From: a bacterium
GTDB taxonomy: Bacteria; Zhuqueibacterota; Zhuqueibacteria; Residuimicrobiales; Krinioviventaceae
Length of the DNA stretch: 64,000 nt
Direction: 5' to 3'
Assembly: GCA_963675755.2 (NCBI GenBank)
Contig: CAXXMD010000002.1
Location: forward strand, 320,001 to 384,000
Shown: positions 1 through 8,644 of the stretch, piece by piece
Position numbering within the stretch: the stretch's first letter is position 1
Layout: each line of letters begins with the position of its first letter
Notes under the pieces: generated by a model
Told to the model about the DNA's origin: nothing
Seen by the model: the letters and a program-made list of their open reading frames with translations, nothing else
Database searches by the model: none
Position numbers and translations under genes: made by a program

Positions 1-491
1 CCAGCCCACTTGCAATAGGCATTTGCATCATTCCATGATACATGTACTACCGGATGGTCCATTCTGTTACTTATGGTAGAAAGCGGACCTTCAGGCCTTC
101 TCCAGTTGGCTCCTTTAACTGCAAACCACCAGGGAGTTTGTGCTGCCTGTTGACTGTTTTTTGCAATTACGGGAGGAAGAAACAAGTGAAAAACATATGT
201 CCAACCAAATGATTCTGCTTCGGTTTTGTAACTTGTTTCTTTAACAAATTCAGCAAATTGTTGATTGGTTACGGTTGTTTTATCGATCAAAAAGGGAGAT
301 ACCGTAACTTGTCGTACCGGCCCTTCACCATCTGCGGGAAATCCTTCCTTGTCATCAGTTCCCATGAGAAACGTACCACCTGGCAGCTCTATCATATCAT
401 CATATTTAGGAATATGTGTTGAAACATCAATGTTTATTATTTTCCTGGTTGATTCACTATTCCTGGACGGGCCGCAACATTGCTTGCTCAT
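1..491 (-). CDS. Formylglycine-generating enzyme family protein (FGE-sulfatase/SUMF1), 3' end truncated by window edge
   Basis: Not in ORF track; manual translation from ATG at 491 (GAGG upstream): MSKQCCGPS...MIELPGGTFLMGTDDKEGFPADGEGPVRQVTVSPFLIDKTTVTNQQFAEFV...WWFAVKGANWRRPEGP...DHPVVHVSWNDANAYCKWA, hallmark FGE motifs. Confidence 0.9.
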   Translation of the reverse strand, partial: MSKQCCGPSRNSESTRKIINIDVSTHIPKYDDMIELPGGTFLMGTDDKEGFPADGEGPVRQVTVSPFLIDKTTVTNQQFAEFVKETSYKTEAESFGWTYVFHLFLPPVIAKNSQQAAQTPWWFAVKGANWRRPEGPLSTISNRMDHPVVHVSWNDANAYCKWA

Positions 492-721
492 TGTAACCTC
501 TTTATTTTATTAACTTATATGGTGACAGGAGATTTTTAACGTTTAGCTGTATTCATATATTCCTGCCTTTATTGTTAATAATTTCATTGTATCTAATAGT
601 GGCATACAATGTTTTACAATTGTTATCCGCAATTGGATGTTAATCACAGAACTTGAAAGTGATTGATACGTTATGGTTAAGAGCAGAACGGAACACGTGT
701 AAACAACAGAGAGGAAAGCTC

Positions 722-3163
722 ATGAATAAACGGTTAATATACTTTATATTATTGTTATCCATATCAACAGTTTTTGCTCAGCCCGGCCAAAGGTCAGGAG
801 CTGCACGGGGTACAATAATCAAGGGGCTGGTTCAAGACAACCAGTTAAAGACACCTATTGAATATGCCAATGTTATTCTTTATAAACAAAAAGGTACCGA
901 TCAGGTTACAGGTACGGTTTCAAATAAAGAAGGTCTTTTCACATTGACAGGTATACAGCCCGGGCTTTACAAAATTAAAGTAAAGTTTATGGGATATTAT
1001 GAGAATACAGTGGATAGTGTGCGTATTAGTGCAAATCAACCTGCAATTGATGTTGGTAAGGTGGGTTTGAATCAGACTGTATTGATGCTTGAAGGCGTGC
1101 AGGTAGAAGCGGAAAAAGCGCCGGTAGAATATAAAATTGATAGAAAAGTAATAAACGTTGATCATCAAATTACTGCAAGTGCAGGATCTGCTGTTGATGT
1201 TCTTGAAAATGTACCTTCTATTACAGTTGATATTGAGGGTAATGTACAATTAAGAGGTAGCGGCAGTTTTACAGTGTTAATTGATAACCGTCCGACTGTT
1301 ATGGAAGCTAGCGATTTGTTGCAGCAGATACCTGCCAGTACGATTGAAAATATTGAAATCATAACCAATCCCTCTGCCAAATATGAGCCTGATGGTATGA
1401 CCGGTATCGTGAACATTATTACTAAAAAGAATTCTTTACGTGGATTTAATGGTATTGTTAATTTGAATTCCGGTGTTGATGACAAGTACGGCGGTGATTT
1501 TTTGTTTAATTATCGTATGAACAATATTAATACCTATTTTGGTATGAACTATAACCATAGATTTTTACCAGGAGATCGTATTGGCGAAAATTGGACTGCT
1601 CAAAATGATACCATACACTATTTAAATACTGACGGTAGTAATTCAATGGATTTTACTTCTTATGGTGTTCAGGCAGGTGTTGACATTGCTCTGTCAAAAC
1701 AGGATAATTTTAAAGTTGGTTTGAATTATCGTGGAAGAGGAATGGACCATGAGAATAAATCAAATTATGAGGAATGGATCAGTACGCTGACAGACCGTGA
1801 TTATTATTCCAGCACAGGTAGTTCCGAAAGAAGTGGTCCTTCTTATGATATGAATTTGGATTATTTGCACCGATTTGAAACCAAAGGGCACGAGTTATCT
1901 GCTTTGTTAAATCTTTCTTCCAGAAGTGGTGATGAGGAATCGCTTAATGAAAATTATGATACCAACGGGGCTATCACAAATGGACAACGTTCTGTTGAAA
2001 AAGGTCCCTCTATGCGTGCTGATTTTAAATTGGATTATACCCGCCCATTTGGTGAAAAGAATAAACTTGAAGCCGGTTATCAGGGGCGCTTTAGCCGTTC
2101 TGAAGATGAAAATGAGCTCTATGAATATGATTTAGGTATTAGTGATTATGTGTTTTTACCCCAGTATAGCTATTTAACAAATTATAATAGAGATATTCAT
2201 GCTGTTTACTCTATGTACGCAGGTGAAAGCGGTCCTATTGGTTATCAGGCAGGACTTCGCGGTGAGTATACGAATAGAAATATTTCTTTGGATGAAGAAA
2301 ATCAGGAATTTGCTATTGACAGATGGGATCTTTTCCCAACAGCTCACTTGTCTTATACAGGTCCTTCAGGTCATCAAATGATGGCCAGTTATACCCGACG
2401 CATTGACAGACCTCGTGGTTATTATTTTGAACCCTTTCTGACATGGATGGATGCTTATAATGTGCGTACGGGTAATCCTGCAATTAAACCTGAATATATT
2501 GATTCATATGAAATGGGTTATCAAAAACAAGTTGGTCAAAATCTGTTTTCCGTAGAAACTTATTACCGTATTACTCATGATCGTGTTGAACGTGTACAAT
2601 CTGTTTATGATGAAAATGTCTTGTTACATTCAGTTGCTAATGTTGGTCAAGATTATGCGTTGGGTGCCGAGTTTATGATCAACTGGGACCTGTTGTCTAA
2701 CTGGAATGTGAACTTGATGGGTAATATGTATGATTATCGTATTGAAGGTGAATTGTTGGGTGAAGATTTTTCACGCAGTAGTTTTAACTGGAATACGCGA
2801 ATGAATAATACATTTAAATTAACTAAAAATTCCAGAGTTCAGTTTAATCTAAGATACAACAGTCCTTCTGTATCTGCACAGGGAAGACGTGAAGGCTTTT
2901 TCTCTTCGAGTATTGCCTACAGACACGATTTCCTGGATAAACGTATTTCAATGACTTTGCAGGCACGAGATGTTTTTGGAACAGAAGTTCATGAGAGAAT
3001 TTCAGAAGGTGATGGATTTTATTCCTATTCAAGATTTGACAGAAATACACCTATAATCACTATGACGATGAGTTATAAAATAAACAATTTCAAAGCTAAC
3101 CGTGGAAGAGATAGTGACGGTGGTAGCGGTGGTGATGATTTTGGTGGTGAAACTGGATTTTAA
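722..3163 (+). CDS. TonB-dependent receptor / outer-membrane beta-barrel family protein
   Basis: Signal peptide, carboxypeptidase-regulatory-like N-domain, plug (DVLENVPSITVDIEGNVQLRG; IENIEIITNPSAKY), GNPAIKPE barrel motif; ATG 722 with GAGGA RBS. Confidence 0.9.
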   Translation: MNKRLIYFILLLSISTVFAQPGQRSGAARGTIIKGLVQDNQLKTPIEYANVILYKQKGTDQVTGTVSNKEGLFTLTGIQPGLYKIKVKFMGYYENTVDSVRISANQPAIDVGKVGLNQTVLMLEGVQVEAEKAPVEYKIDRKVINVDHQITASAGSAVDVLENVPSITVDIEGNVQLRGSGSFTVLIDNRPTVMEASDLLQQIPASTIENIEIITNPSAKYEPDGMTGIVNIITKKNSLRGFNGIVNLNSGVDDKYGGDFLFNYRMNNINTYFGMNYNHRFLPGDRIGENWTAQNDTIHYLNTDGSNSMDFTSYGVQAGVDIALSKQDNFKVGLNYRGRGMDHENKSNYEEWISTLTDRDYYSSTGSSERSGPSYDMNLDYLHRFETKGHELSALLNLSSRSGDEESLNENYDTNGAITNGQRSVEKGPSMRADFKLDYTRPFGEKNKLEAGYQGRFSRSEDENELYEYDLGISDYVFLPQYSYLTNYNRDIHAVYSMYAGESGPIGYQAGLRGEYTNRNISLDEENQEFAIDRWDLFPTAHLSYTGPSGHQMMASYTRRIDRPRGYYFEPFLTWMDAYNVRTGNPAIKPEYIDSYEMGYQKQVGQNLFSVETYYRITHDRVERVQSVYDENVLLHSVANVGQDYALGAEFMINWDLLSNWNVNLMGNMYDYRIEGELLGEDFSRSSFNWNTRMNNTFKLTKNSRVQFNLRYNSPSVSAQGRREGFFSSSIAYRHDFLDKRISMTLQARDVFGTEVHERISEGDGFYSYSRFDRNTPIITMTMSYKINNFKANRGRDSDGGSGGDDFGGETGF

Positions 3164-3180
3164 TAAATATAATTATTTAC

Positions 3181-3209
3181 AAGCCCGGTCAATTGACCGG
3201 GCTTTTTTT
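3181..3209 (+). terminator. Rho-independent terminator
   Basis: AAGCCCGGTCA-AT-TGACCGGGCTT hairpin followed by T-run. Confidence 0.85.
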
Positions 3210-3324
3210 ATGCTGTAAAACCCTGCATTTTAATATTTCGTGACATATTCCCGTTGTAAATATTGTTTATTATCAGTAAATGAAACAAATTGTTTCTTTA
3301 TTGTGCACATATTTGGAGATGTTT

Positions 3325-4644
3325 ATGGATTTACCCAATTGTATTTCCAGTGAGATATTGGATTCTATTGGTGAAGGTATATATACAATTGATAAAAAGT
3401 TCAAAATCAGCTTTATGAACAAAGCAGCTGAAGAGATTCTTGGTGTTAAACGGGAAAAAGTCATTGGTAAATTTTGCAAACATGTTTTCAGTTCAGAAGA
3501 GTGTTTAGACAAATGTCCCATTAGCAAGGTGCTCGATTCAGGTAAGAATGTATATGATCATATAACTAAATTTTATCATCAGAATGGCATTTCAAAAAAT
3601 GTCAGGGTAAATGCTTCATTGCTCCATAATTCTGATAATGAAATAATTGGCGGGGTCGTTTCTTTTCGTGATCTTTCAAATGATGAAAGTTCAGTTTTGA
3701 AATCCAAAACCATGCAGGATTTTTACGGAATTGTGGGTCAATCAAAACCCATGCTGGAATTGTATGACCTGGTTACCGAGATTGGCGGTACTTGTGCTTC
3801 CGTATTAATACAAGGAGAGTCCGGCACAGGTAAAGAAATGTTTGCTAATGCAATACAGGCTTCCAGTCAGCGTAACAAAATGCCTTTTATCAAGGTGAAT
3901 TGTTCGGTTTTTCCTCCTCAATTGCTTGCCAGTGAATTATTTGGCCATGTTAAGGGTGCGTTTACAGATGCAATTCAGAATCGTAAAGGCCGTTTCGAGA
4001 TAGCAGACAAGGGCACATTGTTTTTAGATGAAGTCGCTGAAATGCCGTTGTCAATGCAATTGCAGCTATTACGTGTTCTACATGAAGGGACTTTTGAAAG
4101 AGTTGGTGAATCTTTGACACGCTCAGTGGATGTACGAGTTATTGCCGCTACAAATAAAGAGTTGGACACTGCGATTAATGACGGATCCTTTAGAGAAGAT
4201 TTGTTTTACCGTTTAAATGTGATTCCAATGCACATTCCTGCACTTCGCGAAAGAAGGGCAGATATACCGCATCTGGTCAATTATTTTGTTGAAAAGTTTT
4301 CATCAAACTATCACAAAGAAATTCAAGAAGTAGATGATGAAGCTATGGATTATTTAACTGCCTATAACTGGCCGGGAAATGTTCGCGAACTGGAAAATGC
4401 TATTGAATATTCATTTATACGAACACATAATGATGATGTAATAACAGCTAAAAAGCTACCTGCGAATATCAGACAAAAAAATGGCAAGTTTTTTACAACA
4501 GGGGATAACAAGTTTTCTGAACGTGACGAGATCTTGGAAACATTAAAAAAACATCATTGGAATAAAAGTAAAGCCGCAGATGAATTACGTATGGGACGCA
4601 CAACGTTGTGGCGCAAAATGAAATCCATGGGAATTGAAACATAA
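3325..4644 (+). CDS. Sigma54-dependent transcriptional activator, PAS-AAA+-Fis HTH (OrpR-like Cys-PAS)
   Basis: PAS with C-X8-C-X3-C; Walker A GESGTGKE; ELFGHVKGAFTDA; LFLDEV; FREDLFYRLNV; WPGNVRELEN; C-terminal HTH NKSKAADELRMGRTTLWRKM; start chosen by GGAG RBS (ORF open from 3280). Confidence 0.93.
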   Translation: MDLPNCISSEILDSIGEGIYTIDKKFKISFMNKAAEEILGVKREKVIGKFCKHVFSSEECLDKCPISKVLDSGKNVYDHITKFYHQNGISKNVRVNASLLHNSDNEIIGGVVSFRDLSNDESSVLKSKTMQDFYGIVGQSKPMLELYDLVTEIGGTCASVLIQGESGTGKEMFANAIQASSQRNKMPFIKVNCSVFPPQLLASELFGHVKGAFTDAIQNRKGRFEIADKGTLFLDEVAEMPLSMQLQLLRVLHEGTFERVGESLTRSVDVRVIAATNKELDTAINDGSFREDLFYRLNVIPMHIPALRERRADIPHLVNYFVEKFSSNYHKEIQEVDDEAMDYLTAYNWPGNVRELENAIEYSFIRTHNDDVITAKKLPANIRQKNGKFFTTGDNKFSERDEILETLKKHHWNKSKAADELRMGRTTLWRKMKSMGIET

Positions 4645-4730
4645 GATGAAACATTGAAACAATTTGTTCTGCTATGTAAATAAACTATTAATAATATTTT
4701 AAGTTTGTTTTTTCTGTTTTTATTTTTATA

Positions 4731-4749
4731 TTGAAACACACTGTTTCAA
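4731..4749. promoter_or_regulatory. Palindromic candidate activator binding site TTGAAACA-cac-TGTTTCAA
   Basis: Perfect 8-bp inverted repeat; the half-site TGAAACA recurs at 4635, 4647 and 4655; lies upstream of a sigma54 promoter. Confidence 0.5.
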
Positions 4750-4789
4750 GTGTCATTGCTGTAACCTCTTGTTTTTTATAGCCTTGTTT

Positions 4790-4806
4790 TTGGCAGGATC
4801 TTTGCC
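4790..4806 (+). promoter_or_regulatory. Sigma54 (-24/-12) promoter
   Basis: TTGGCAGGATCTTTGC: GG-N10-GC with TGGCA and TTGC consensus, ~30 nt upstream of ATG 4835 and just downstream of a bEBP gene. Confidence 0.75.
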
Positions 4807-4834
4807 TGATTTACCCCAAAAAGATGGAATAATC

Positions 4835-5287
4835 ATGTACGAAATGCTTGGTAATCAGTATTTTATGTCCCGTCAGTATAGCCGTGCTACCATGGCTTTA
4901 GAGCGGGCATTGCAGACTGATCCTAAAAATTTAGGGATTCAGCGCAAGCTGATTATTTGTTATTGTCAAATTGGTAAAGTTGAAGACGCTTTGCACATGT
5001 TTTTGTCGCTAATAAAAGCTGATATTGACTTTATTATGTCTGCTGATCCGATATTGGATGATTGCCCTTGTCCTGATTTGATTTACAATATGGAGGCACA
5101 AATATCAGATGAGCGCCAGTCTTTGGATTTTAATTTGATTATTGGCATGTTGTGGTTGTTTTGTGATCTTGAACGGTCTTTCGAGTATTTTCACAAGGCA
5201 CAAGTTATGGATCCCAATAATACCAATATTAAATCGATCATGCTTTTTCTCTCAAATCGTCTGGAAAAAGAGAAAACCCGTCATTAA
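4835..5287 (+). CDS. Small tetratricopeptide-repeat protein with DDCPCP motif
   Basis: TPR-like helices (LGNQYFMSRQYSRATMALERALQTDPKN; FEYFHKAQVMDPNN); ATG 4835 preferred because the longer ORF would overlap the sigma54 promoter. Confidence 0.75.
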   Translation: MYEMLGNQYFMSRQYSRATMALERALQTDPKNLGIQRKLIICYCQIGKVEDALHMFLSLIKADIDFIMSADPILDDCPCPDLIYNMEAQISDERQSLDFNLIIGMLWLFCDLERSFEYFHKAQVMDPNNTNIKSIMLFLSNRLEKEKTRH

Positions 5288-5402
5288 TCTCTATTTATTT
5301 GCAATTTTCCCTCATTACTTGATAACTGCTTGTTTGTAGTAAAATACAAATGTAACCCCTTTTTTTATTGGCCTTGTCATTATTTATATGTATTTTATTT
5401 AC

Positions 5403-5765
5403 ATGAAAAAAATGATGACATACATCTTGATATCTATTTATTTTAGTTTTTTCCCAATTTACCCCTATATTCATTTTCATTTAAATTGCGATGTTGATAA
5501 AGTATGTCATCAAGTTGATTTCAGCGAATGTGAACATTTTCATCATTCTGAACATCAACCGCACAAACATTTCAAGGGTGACTGGCAGCATACCATAACC
5601 AAAGATGATCCTGGTAAAATCCAGTCGATAAATCATGTCCATGAATACAGTTTTTACTATTCTGTAATTTCCGGATCAAGATTACCCGAGTTTTCAAATC
5701 ATTTCAAAGATTCCATTCTTTACAGTCCCGATATTTCGCGGGCACCCCCAGTATTACTCGTATAA
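5403..5765 (+). CDS. His/Cys-rich leader protein with C-terminal RAPP motif (DUF2946/CruR-like putative arrest peptide)
   Basis: N-terminal hydrophobic segment, HFH-x2-C-x5-CH-x6-CEHFHHSEHQPHKH, ends SRAPPVLLV; directly upstream of metal-efflux operon. Confidence 0.7.
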   Translation: MKKMMTYILISIYFSFFPIYPYIHFHLNCDVDKVCHQVDFSECEHFHHSEHQPHKHFKGDWQHTITKDDPGKIQSINHVHEYSFYYSVISGSRLPEFSNHFKDSILYSPDISRAPPVLLV

Positions 5766-5832
5766 TTTACACCAGAAATTTTCAAAATTATTTAAATGAA
5801 TTTCAATCTCTTTCATTAATGGAGAATTGTAT

Positions 5833-7053
5833 ATGAACCGCATTGCGAGTATTCTACTCGTCGCAAGTGCATTGGTTATGGCAAGAGATAATACTATTCA
5901 ACTCTCGTTCACCGAGTTGGATTCTTTATTATCAAACAGTCCTGTGTACCATTCACTTGACTATGAGTTTAGTGCCAAAATGTATGATGTTAAACATCAT
6001 TTAAACTGGCAAAATCCCGAATTTGAATTTGAACGAGAAGCGTTAAGCGATAATGGTGATAAAGAAAATGAAACTGTCTTCCTGCTTGGTAAAGATTTTA
6101 TGCTTCCCTGGGCAGGGTATTATCATCGTTCAGCCCAAAATGCAGAACTTGAAGCAATTGGATTCTCATTAAAAGATAATTATCTATTCCAGTTGAATAC
6201 ATTCAAAAGCCAATATATAGCTCTTTCTTTGTTGCAGCAAAAATCCAGACGATATATTGAACTGGATAGTTTAATGAACAAGGCTTTGAATATTGCTCAG
6301 GAACGTTTTAACCAAGGAACTTTATCCGGTGTTGAAAATCGTCTAGTGCAACTGAGCAAGTACAATGTACAGCGGGACCGTTTTGTATTGCAACAGGAAT
6401 ACAAAGAGCTGCTTGCTCAATTTAAAACGGGTCTTGGGTTTGGTGTTGATGATTCCCTGGAGTTTAGTACGGATATTGCTTTTTTGCCTTTTGGAATTAA
6501 ACCGCTTACAGTCTATACACAGGAACTGGAAAAGCATCCTATCTTGACATCATTTGCAGTTGCTGAAAATGCTAAAAAACAGCAAGTCCGTTTTGAGAAA
6601 TTGGCACCAGTTTCTTCTGTACATCTATCAGGCGGCTATAAACAACTGAATGATACTATGGATGGATACGTCGCCGGGATTTCCATTCCTCTTCCCATAT
6701 TAAACCGTAATAAAACAGGTATTCAGAAAACAATAGCCGAGTTGAATCAATTACAAATTGAAAATCAAATGACAACCAGAAAGTTGAATTTACGCCTGGA
6801 GCAGCTTGTTGCTGCTTTAAAAATTCAGCAAAAACAAATGAAAACGTTTTCTGAATCTTTTCAATCAGCAGCACAAATTATTGATGATATTGTGTATACA
6901 TTTTATGAAGGCTCTGCTGATTTTGGAGATATTTTGGACACATACCAGGTCTATACTGAAAGCATGAGTACCTATTATGATCAACTCTTGTTGTATTATA
7001 ATTACCTGTTGGAATTGGAATACCTGACTCAAGAGAAAATTATTGAATTTTAG
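5833..7053 (+). CDS. TolC/CzcC-family outer membrane efflux protein
   Basis: Signal peptide, NPEFEF, GISIPLPILNRN motif, helical repeats; first gene of RND operon. Confidence 0.85.
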   Translation: MNRIASILLVASALVMARDNTIQLSFTELDSLLSNSPVYHSLDYEFSAKMYDVKHHLNWQNPEFEFEREALSDNGDKENETVFLLGKDFMLPWAGYYHRSAQNAELEAIGFSLKDNYLFQLNTFKSQYIALSLLQQKSRRYIELDSLMNKALNIAQERFNQGTLSGVENRLVQLSKYNVQRDRFVLQQEYKELLAQFKTGLGFGVDDSLEFSTDIAFLPFGIKPLTVYTQELEKHPILTSFAVAENAKKQQVRFEKLAPVSSVHLSGGYKQLNDTMDGYVAGISIPLPILNRNKTGIQKTIAELNQLQIENQMTTRKLNLRLEQLVAALKIQQKQMKTFSESFQSAAQIIDDIVYTFYEGSADFGDILDTYQVYTESMSTYYDQLLLYYNYLLELEYLTQEKIIEF

Positions 7054-7062
7054 AGGGATATT

Positions 7063-8622
7063 ATGAAATATATAAAATTATCGAGTTTATTATTGGTTGC
7101 TTTAATCGCATGTAGTAAACCGGTTATAGATGAACATGCAGGACATGATCATGGTGAAGAAGCTGTTTCTGTCACAACCTGGACGGATGCTTTCGAGTTT
7201 TTTGCCGAGTTTTCACCCAATGAGGACCATTCTCAGAATGCATTGGTACACATAACTCAATTAAAAGATTTTAAACCCCTTGTTGATGATCATGTATCTA
7301 TCATTATTAAATCCGAGAGTGATCAGGTGCTTTTAAATAAAGAACTTGAGCTGGTCCGTCCCGGTATATATAGTAATGCAATTGAATTACCTGAATCTGA
7401 TGTACATTTTCTTATTGATCTGGGTATAGGCAATGAAACGTTTGATTTAGGTCACGTCGAGTTTGTTGATCATGAGCATAAAGAACATGTAGAAACTGAT
7501 AACGACGAACATGATCATGAACATGAAGCAGAAGAGAGTGAACATGATCATGATTCACCTATAACAGGAGAAATGGTACCATTTTTAAAAGAACAACAAT
7601 GGGTTGCTGATTTTAATGTTCAGAAAAGTAAAATGGGGGATGTTCGATCTGTTGTATATGCAATCGGTCAGGTCATACCACATCAACAGGGTTTGTCAGA
7701 AATTGTCTCACCCGTTGAAGGATACTTGAATGTGAATCATAATCAAAATATGGTTGTGGTGGGAGCACGTGTCAAGAAAGGACAGATACTGGCAACACTT
7801 TGTCCGCCAATTGGTCGTTCAAATACCTGGACGGAACGTTACCTTTCTTATCAACGAGCTGAAAAGAATTATGAACGCGCTCAGGAATTGAAAAAACGGC
7901 AGGCTATTTCAAATACAGAATTTGAACAGATTGAACAGGATTATCTTGTAGAAAAAGCCGGATTTGAAACCCTTTTAAATGCATACAATATTACTCCGGA
8001 TATGAGTAACAAGGAATGTATGCATTTTTATGTCAAAGCACCTATTGATGGAATTGTTTCGGAATTGGATATTAAACCCGGACAAAATATAAGCGCTGGC
8101 GATCAAATGATGACCCTTGTCGATCCGGATGTGGTTTGGTTACATGCGGATTTGTATGAAAAAGAATATTACAGATTAGGCAAACCTGATGGAGCCACTC
8201 TTGAACTACCCGGACGAAATGAAAAACTCCATCTCAACAAGTCTGAATTCAAAATGATCAATAAAGGTGAAATTGTTGAGCAGGAAACACGAACAATTCC
8301 GGTTCTGTTTCAACTTGACAATAAAGAAGGTTTGTTGAAAATTGGTCAAACACTTCAAATGAACATCTATTCTACCAGCGATGATAAAGCAGTGATTGTA
8401 CCTGTATCTGCAATTCTTGATGAAGATGTACAGAAATTTATTTTTGTTCAACACACTGGAGAATCTTTTGAAAAACGTCCTGTGAAAACCGGACCCGTCT
8501 ATAAAGATGATATTGCCATCCTTGACGGCTTGAATCCCGATGAACGTATTGTGACGCAAGGAACCTATTTGTTAAAACTGGCAACAGTTACAACAGCTGT
8601 AGGTCACGCACACAGTCATTGA
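7063..8622 (+). CDS. CzcB/CusB-like membrane fusion lipoprotein, His-rich
   Basis: Lipobox LIAC; HAGHDH; His/Glu tract; VKAPIDGIV lipoyl hairpin; C-terminal GHAHSH. Confidence 0.9.
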   Translation: MKYIKLSSLLLVALIACSKPVIDEHAGHDHGEEAVSVTTWTDAFEFFAEFSPNEDHSQNALVHITQLKDFKPLVDDHVSIIIKSESDQVLLNKELELVRPGIYSNAIELPESDVHFLIDLGIGNETFDLGHVEFVDHEHKEHVETDNDEHDHEHEAEESEHDHDSPITGEMVPFLKEQQWVADFNVQKSKMGDVRSVVYAIGQVIPHQQGLSEIVSPVEGYLNVNHNQNMVVVGARVKKGQILATLCPPIGRSNTWTERYLSYQRAEKNYERAQELKKRQAISNTEFEQIEQDYLVEKAGFETLLNAYNITPDMSNKECMHFYVKAPIDGIVSELDIKPGQNISAGDQMMTLVDPDVVWLHADLYEKEYYRLGKPDGATLELPGRNEKLHLNKSEFKMINKGEIVEQETRTIPVLFQLDNKEGLLKIGQTLQMNIYSTSDDKAVIVPVSAILDEDVQKFIFVQHTGESFEKRPVKTGPVYKDDIAILDGLNPDERIVTQGTYLLKLATVTTAVGHAHSH

Positions 8623-8644
8623 TCATTCATTGAGGAGAATAGAT

